NCBI GenBank assembly: GCA_034715975.1
Contig: JAYEFP010000111.1
Span: 1-32,765 of the forward strand
Length of the DNA stretch: 32,765 nt
Source of the DNA: Candidatus Bipolaricaulota bacterium
GTDB taxonomy: Bacteria; Bipolaricaulota; Bipolaricaulia; UBA7950; UBA9294
Reading direction: 5' to 3'
Below, piece after piece: positions 27,027-32,765 of the stretch (positions are counted from its first letter, which is position 1; every line of letters starts with the position of its first letter). The notes under the pieces were generated by a model. That model was given only the letters and a program-made list of their open reading frames with translations. It had not been told where the DNA came from and did no database searches. The position numbers and the translations under genes were made by a program.

Positions 27027-29513
27027 CTAGCTTTCTGGATGAAGCCATGTTTTGACCTCGGAGAGGAGCTCTTGTAAGCTAGCGACTCTCTCGCCCACCA
27101 CAGGAAGAGCGGCAGTAAACCGCTTTCCATAGCTCTTACGAAGGATGCGCTGGTCAGTGATGATGACAACGCCGTGGTCGCTCGTGGTGCGGATAAGACG
27201 CCCCACCCCTTGCCGTAGCTTGAGGATTGCGCGGGGGATCGATAGGTCGGAGAAGGGATCCTTGCCGAGTTTCGCAATCCTGTCGGCCAACGCAGAGAAG
27301 ACAGGATCGGTGGGGACGGGAAAAGGAAGGCGCGTGATAATGAGGATCTCTAATGCGTCTCCTGGTAGGTCAATCCCCTCCCAGAAGCTATCCGTTCCTA
27401 GCAGTACCGCCGATCCCTCGCTCTCTTTGAATCGTTCGATAAGCTTGCTGCGCGGCCCATCGATCCCCTGGGCGAGCACAAGTGCCTTCTCATCGAGCGC
27501 ATCGTGGACCGCATGCAATAGCTTGTACGATGTGAACAGGATGAGGATTTTGCGTCCGACCTCACTCACGATTCCCTGGATGCATTCGGTGAGCGCGTTG
27601 ACGTAGGCGTTGTTTGTGGCCGTCACTGGTGGGAAGAATTCGGGAATCAAGAGCTTCATCTCATTCTCATAAGAGAAGGGGCCTTGAACGACTGCCGGTT
27701 CTTCCTTGCCGGGAGCTTCTGAAAGGCCGAGAGATTCTTCGAGGTAGGCAAAGTCTCCTCCCTGCGAAAGAGTGGCTGATGTGAGAACGAGTGACTCAAC
27801 ACGCGAGTAGAGCGACTTCTCCAAGAACGGGGCGACGGAGAGCGGTGATATGCGAAGATATGGCTCTTCATTGATGAATTCGTACCAATGAACGCTGTTC
27901 TCATCTGGCGGGGAGAAGAGCTTGTGAAACGCAGCGACGATCTCGACATCCTCGATGATCAATCCATCAGCCTCGCGTTCGAGATCCGGCGCTTCCAGGG
28001 CATCGGCAAGGCTCTCGATGGATCTGGTGAGCGTTTCCAGTTCACGCACTACTTTAGCCATCTGATCCTCAAACGGGGAGAGATCTGGTGAGCGTCCGCG
28101 GCCAGGAGGGAGGCCGCGTGCAATCGAGGAGAAGAGGCGCGTGTTTGCACCGCGCAGCGTGTTTAGGAGATCGTGCACCTTCCGGATTCTGTCGTCGGTT
28201 CGCGCGTACGGTAGCCGAGCGAGCCACCCGCCGGTGCGTCTGCCCAGTGGGTGTTCGATGGCGCGTAACAAGGAATCCACGCTGTGCGTGGAGAGGGTGA
28301 TAGTGAACGCCTGTCGTGCGGCAGTTTCCATTGCGTGTGCCTCATCGACAATGAGGCACTGATAGTCGCCGAGGATCCCTTGATCTGTCTGTTGGTCTGC
28401 CAGGAGAAGCGAGTGATTGACGACAACGAGATCAGCCCTGCGCGCATGTCGCCGCGCGGCGACGGAGAAGCACTCATCGTAGAATGGACATGACTGACCC
28501 AGACACCGGTGAGGATCATCGTACATGCGCCGCCACAACACCTTTGCTTGCGGGTCGCTGAGAAAGGCGGCATTCTCTTCGATATCGCCCGTCTGTGTCG
28601 CAAGTAACCAACGCGCGACGGGAGCAAGGCAGGTCAGAAGATCCCGTTCCAACCCCTCGATGAGCTCTCCCAGGACGATCTGCCAGCGACGGAGGCAGAT
28701 GTAGTTCCTCCTGCCTTTTAGAAGAGATACCTGTAGAGACGGCAGAATATGACCGGAGAGGAAAGGAAGGTCCTTGTGAAATACCTGCTCTTGGAGCTGT
28801 TTCGTGCGCGTGGATAGGACAACGCGCACTCCCTCGTGGTCGCGCAAGTGGATGAGGGCAGGAATGAGATAGGCGAACGTCTTTCCCGTGCCCGGACCCG
28901 CCTCTACTACCGTTGTCCCTCCATGTTCCAGTACGTTCAATACGCGTTCCGCCATCTCACTCTGCCCAGAGCGCGCTTCGAATCCATTGAGGTCGCTTGC
29001 CAGCGGACCCTCAGGTGCCAACAGATCAGTAAGAGAGAGTTGAGGTGGATTCGTCGAAGGCGTGCGTTCACCCGTTGGCGCCTCTTCCTCAGGATGCGCG
29101 AATCTGATCATGCGACGGATTAGATCGTTGTTTGGGGGCGGGAGGAGCTCGGCAAGGAGCGCTAGCAGATCCGGCGATAGTTTCAGGAACCCCTCGATCA
29201 ACAATGAGAAAAGGGAGAAGAGTGTCTCCGGGCCTCTCCCCTCCGCTATCCCATAGTGTGAGCAGAGCTTTAAAAGTCCATGCCCGGGAAGAGTGGGGTG
29301 GAGAGTGCGCGCCAATAGGCGTAGGTCTAGCGTCTTTTCGTCGCCAACATAGGCAACACGCACAGCCTCTTCCGCTGGGGCACATTCAGATTCCGATAGT
29401 AGCCCGTGTACGAATAGGGCCGTCCTTCCATCGGCAGCGGCCAGTACCCTCTCCAGGCCGATCCCTTTCCACGGTACAGCCATCTCTTCAGAGGAGATGG
29501 CGGAGTAGGTCAA
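27027..29513 (-). CDS. dinG: DinG-family ATP-dependent helicase with degenerate N-terminal exonuclease-like region
   Basis: EAGPGTGKT, KGRRNYIC, Fe-S Cys cluster, DEAH, SAT, SFWEGID, QGVGRLIR. Confidence 0.92.
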   Translation of the reverse strand: MTYSAISSEEMAVPWKGIGLERVLAAADGRTALFVHGLLSESECAPAEEAVRVAYVGDEKTLDLRLLARTLHPTLPGHGLLKLCSHYGIAEGRGPETLFSLFSLLIEGFLKLSPDLLALLAELLPPPNNDLIRRMIRFAHPEEEAPTGERTPSTNPPQLSLTDLLAPEGPLASDLNGFEARSGQSEMAERVLNVLEHGGTTVVEAGPGTGKTFAYLIPALIHLRDHEGVRVVLSTRTKQLQEQVFHKDLPFLSGHILPSLQVSLLKGRRNYICLRRWQIVLGELIEGLERDLLTCLAPVARWLLATQTGDIEENAAFLSDPQAKVLWRRMYDDPHRCLGQSCPFYDECFSVAARRHARRADLVVVNHSLLLADQQTDQGILGDYQCLIVDEAHAMETAARQAFTITLSTHSVDSLLRAIEHPLGRRTGGWLARLPYARTDDRIRKVHDLLNTLRGANTRLFSSIARGLPPGRGRSPDLSPFEDQMAKVVRELETLTRSIESLADALEAPDLEREADGLIIEDVEIVAAFHKLFSPPDENSVHWYEFINEEPYLRISPLSVAPFLEKSLYSRVESLVLTSATLSQGGDFAYLEESLGLSEAPGKEEPAVVQGPFSYENEMKLLIPEFFPPVTATNNAYVNALTECIQGIVSEVGRKILILFTSYKLLHAVHDALDEKALVLAQGIDGPRSKLIERFKESEGSAVLLGTDSFWEGIDLPGDALEILIITRLPFPVPTDPVFSALADRIAKLGKDPFSDLSIPRAILKLRQGVGRLIRTTSDHGVVIITDQRILRKSYGKRFTAALPVVGERVASLQELLSEVKTWLHPES

Positions 29514-29922
29514 TTCTCTTTACCTGTCCTACCAGACGCCCGTTCTTGTCAATGACGGGGAGGAGCTTGATGTTCTTGCGAATAATGACCTCAGCCGCCT
29601 GTAGATCATCATCATCCTCGGTCACAACAATCATGTCCTTCTGCATGTACTTCTCAATTGGGTCACCCGAGATTTGCTCAAGTTTCTTGGAGATCTGGTT
29701 CATGTCAGGGATGAACGAGGCGGTGTGGAGCATGTCAAAGTAACCTGGGAGGCACGCTCTGATGATGTCCTTCTCCGATATGAAGCCGATGACCTTGTCC
29801 TCTTCATCGACGATAGGCATGTTCGGTGCACCAGCGCTATCAAGGATGAAGATCAATTCGCGTATCGATACGTCCTTCTCACACGATGTCAGGTCCTTGG
29901 TCATGATGTCGCGAACCTTCAT
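29488..29922 (-). CDS. CBS-pair protein
   Basis: VRDIMT, PIVD..KVIGFISEKDI, LPVID..GRLVG. Confidence 0.9.
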   Translation of the reverse strand: MKVRDIMTKDLTSCEKDVSIRELIFILDSAGAPNMPIVDEEDKVIGFISEKDIIRACLPGYFDMLHTASFIPDMNQISKKLEQISGDPIEKYMQKDMIVVTEDDDDLQAAEVIIRKNIKLLPVIDKNGRLVGQVKRIDLLRHLL

Positions 29923-29936
29923 TACGGAGCCTCCTG

Positions 29937-30893
29937 TTATAACTTGTTGATGGAGATTGTCTCCATGTGCTTCTCGATCCAGTCGATGTCCGAGCAGATC
30001 TTCTTGTCGCTCTCCGCGCTCATCATGCCCGCTGCCATGCCAAAGCGCAGCGCATGCTCCAGGCTTTCGCCTTTATTGAGCATGTGCACGATTCCACCGA
30101 GCAATACGTCATCAGCACCGACGAAATTCTTGAACTCGGTTGTCTTCGCAGGAGCAAGTATCTCCCACACCCCATCTGCTGTTATCGCAATGTCGCCTGT
30201 TACTTCATGGGAAACGATAACGATACCCGTTCCATCGGTGACCATCTTCTTTCCCGCGTCGATGATCTTGCTACGTGTCGTGAGGGGAAGGCCGTTACTA
30301 ATCGGCGTTTCGCGAATATCCGGCTTGACAATGTACGGTGAAGCGAGGAGCCCGCGACTTAGCGCGTCTCCCGTCGCGCTGATGACAACCCTCGCTCCCG
30401 CCTCTTTTGCCATGCTCGCTAAGACTCGGTATAGGTCTCCATCGACTCCAGGAGGAAGGCTCCCCGCGAGGATAACCCACGTAGCACGGTTGAGCATCCG
30501 CTTGTAGCGGCGGAGGAAACGGGTGATCTCTTCCTGTATTATTGCAGGGCCGGGTTCGTTGATCATTATTGGGACGTATTCGTGACCACGCTCTAGCACA
30601 ATCACGTTGGTGCGTGTTTCTCCGTTTACCCACACGAAGTTCGTCGTCACCCCTTCATCGCGTAGGTCGCGTACGACGACGTGTCCCACGTATCCGCCGA
30701 CAAAACCCATCGCCACGTTGTCCACTCCCAGGTGAGAAAGGAAGATACTTGTGTTGACTCCCTTTCCCCCGGCCGATGTCTCGCTCTTCCTCGCCCGCGT
30801 TAGGAACTCATCCTGCGTTTCCTTCGCCATCTTTAGCTGATCAACCCAATAGATCTTGTCGATCGCTGGATTGGGTGTGACTGTGATGATCAT
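29937..30893 (-). CDS. 1-phosphofructokinase-family (PfkB) sugar kinase
   Basis: TVTPNPAID, AGGKGVN, TRTN, AGSLPPG, VKPD. C-terminal motif is GADD rather than GAGD. Confidence 0.88.
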   Translation of the reverse strand: MIITVTPNPAIDKIYWVDQLKMAKETQDEFLTRARKSETSAGGKGVNTSIFLSHLGVDNVAMGFVGGYVGHVVVRDLRDEGVTTNFVWVNGETRTNVIVLERGHEYVPIMINEPGPAIIQEEITRFLRRYKRMLNRATWVILAGSLPPGVDGDLYRVLASMAKEAGARVVISATGDALSRGLLASPYIVKPDIRETPISNGLPLTTRSKIIDAGKKMVTDGTGIVIVSHEVTGDIAITADGVWEILAPAKTTEFKNFVGADDVLLGGIVHMLNKGESLEHALRFGMAAGMMSAESDKKICSDIDWIEKHMETISINKL

Positions 30894-32227
30894 TGCGCTC
30901 CTTGTGGCACCATAGAATCCGCCCGCTTTCCAACCAGCGCGGCTGCTGTTGCATCTTCGATAAACACCGGAACAAACTCACCAACGACCCCTTTATCCGC
31001 AATCACTACTGTGCGGTGATCATCCGTGCGCCCATAGGCCTCACCACTACGCGTCTTCCCTTCTATAAGGACCTCTAATTGTACCCCGATTCGGCTGCGG
31101 TTCTGCGTAAGAGCGATCTCGCGCTGCAGATCGAGGACATCATGCAAGCGGGTTTTCTTCGCTTCTTGGCTGACATTATCGTCAACGAGTGCGCTTCTCG
31201 TCCTCGGCCGCGGTGAGTACATGGCGACGAAGATCGACCCGAAGCGTGCCTGCCTGATGAGTTCGAGGCTGTCCGCGAAATCCTCTTCCGTCTCACCCGG
31301 GTAACCGACGATCATATCGGTCGTAATGTTAATGTCCGGAACCGCATTACGGGCTTCTTCGAGAATAGAGAGGAAATCCTGACGCGTGTAGCCACGGTTC
31401 ATCTCTCGCAGGATACGATCGCTCCCTGATTGGCAAGCAAGATGAATATGGTTGCAAATGTTGTCATGAGAGGCAATCTGCGCTATTACCTGCGACGTCA
31501 TGTCCTTGGGATGCGAGCTAATGAAACGGATGCGAGGCGTACCGATATCGGCTATGCGTTCCAATAGGTTAGCGAAGCTCCCGTATTGGGGCCGATCGGT
31601 TCCGTAGGAATCGACATTCTGCCCGAGGAGCAGGATCTCGGGGTAGCCATCTCGTGTAGCCTTTTCTGCCTCGCGGAGGATCTTGTTTGGATCGCGGCTT
31701 CGCAACAGCCCGCGCGCGTAGGGGACAACGCAGTACGAACAGAAATTCGAGCAACCCTGAGTAATTGTCACCATGGCCGTGACGGGGCTCTTCCTCTTAG
31801 ATGGAACCTCATCGATCCCGACAGGTGGAACCAAGTGCGCGATCCGTTTGTGTCGCGTGTCCGCTACTTCTTCCAGTATCCTTGGGAGAGTTGCGAGGTC
31901 GTTGGATCCGAAGACAAAATCGATCGCCTTGAACCGTTTCAGCAAATCTTCTCCTCGCACCTGTGCCAGACATCCACCAACGCCAAGGAGGACGTCGCGC
32001 TTGCGCTTTTCTTCAACGACAGCGCCGATACGACCGTACACCTTCTCCTCTGCCTTCTGTCTGACCATGCAAGTGTTGAAGATGGCGACGTCCGCGTCGG
32101 CAAGCGACTTGGTGAGGGTAAATCCATCACGTTCGAGGACACCAACAATCCCCTCCGATTGATGGATATTCATCTGGCATCCCCAGGTCTCTACGTACAG
32201 ACGTTTGGTCATTTCGATCACAACCAA
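30890..32227 (-). CDS. miaB: tRNA-2-methylthio-N6-isopentenyladenosine synthase
   Basis: TWGCQMN, NTC.VR.KAE, radical SAM CSNFCSYC, TRAM domain. Start could also be 32221 or 32212. Confidence 0.95.
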   Translation of the reverse strand: MVVIEMTKRLYVETWGCQMNIHQSEGIVGVLERDGFTLTKSLADADVAIFNTCMVRQKAEEKVYGRIGAVVEEKRKRDVLLGVGGCLAQVRGEDLLKRFKAIDFVFGSNDLATLPRILEEVADTRHKRIAHLVPPVGIDEVPSKRKSPVTAMVTITQGCSNFCSYCVVPYARGLLRSRDPNKILREAEKATRDGYPEILLLGQNVDSYGTDRPQYGSFANLLERIADIGTPRIRFISSHPKDMTSQVIAQIASHDNICNHIHLACQSGSDRILREMNRGYTRQDFLSILEEARNAVPDINITTDMIVGYPGETEEDFADSLELIRQARFGSIFVAMYSPRPRTRSALVDDNVSQEAKKTRLHDVLDLQREIALTQNRSRIGVQLEVLIEGKTRSGEAYGRTDDHRTVVIADKGVVGEFVPVFIEDATAAALVGKRADSMVPQGAQ

Positions 32228-32335
32228 TATACCTCATCGATCGAGGGGGATCAACGACAATTGACATCAAATTAAGCACTTGATCTCATTCTCGTTGGGC
32301 CGCGGGGAGCTTTTTGCGTATCATCCATAGTGACA

Positions 32336-32765
32336 ATGATCATTCATCGCTACGACCGATACATCCTTTCCGAGATGGTGGGCCCGTTTCTCGTCTCACT
32401 GGGTGGGTTATTGCTGTTCATCCTCCTTAACTTGATTCTCTCTCTATCAGATCTGATGGTCGATCGCGGGGTAGGGATCGCTTCTCTCATCCATCTGCTG
32501 GTGTTGAAGCTTCCCAGCTTGCTCGTCCTTGCTCTCCCGGTGAGCGGCCTGTTCGCCACGTTCCTCGGGTTGGGGCGCCTGGTGCATGATAGGGAGGTGA
32601 TCGCCTTCGAAGCGGCGGGAATCTCCCTGCGACGAATCCTTCTCCCGATCCTCGTCGTTGCCATCCTTGTCGCTGGAGCGGATTTTGCGTTGTACAATTG
32701 GGCTGTTCCATCATCGGAGCACCTCTACCAGCAGACGCTGAGGGGAATCATCTTTCGCGGAGGAG
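32336..32765 (+). CDS. LptF/LptG-family permease, N-terminal part (runs off window; absent from the ORF track)
   Basis: MIIHRYDRYILSEMVGPF...LKLPSLLVLALP...LGRLVHDREVIAFEAAGISLRRI, open to the window end. Confidence 0.9.
   Translation, partial: MIIHRYDRYILSEMVGPFLVSLGGLLLFILLNLILSLSDLMVDRGVGIASLIHLLVLKLPSLLVLALPVSGLFATFLGLGRLVHDREVIAFEAAGISLRRILLPILVVAILVAGADFALYNWAVPSSEHLYQQTLRGIIFRGG

Noticed and set aside
32350-32697. Minus-strand ORFs at the window end
   Set aside because: Antisense to the partial LptF/LptG gene on the + strand.

Overview
Bacterial window with two halves. Lineage is not provable from this sequence; the gene set and order are compatible with a diderm anaerobe such as Bipolaricaulota. 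Left half (1-17.9 kb, accessory catabolic): the tail of one Dpp/Opp permease, a FadR/GntR regulator, then a + strand run of DppA-B-C, ArgE/DapE-like M20 hydrolase, carbamate kinase, two divergent tandem knotted-type (YgeW/AOTCase-like) transcarbamylases, and a lone xanthine-dehydrogenase-type Mo subunit. A 2-kb mobile patch follows: an FxLYD-like gene remnant, an ORF ending in a well-formed attC site with no integrase in the window, and an internally deleted IS110. Then come a convergent second DppA-B-C operon and an IS3 remnant. Right half (18.1-32.8 kb, mostly housekeeping): holB, ricT/PSP1, hflX, murA, LysM-M23 peptidase, rho, CaCA antiporter, rpiB, GT2, dinG, CBS protein, PfkB kinase, miaB and a partial lptF/G. 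The best candidate for an undescribed system is the double-transcarbamylase/carbamate kinase locus, which looks like an ATP-yielding pathway for ureido or purine-derived compounds. No CRISPR array, rRNA or tRNA was seen.
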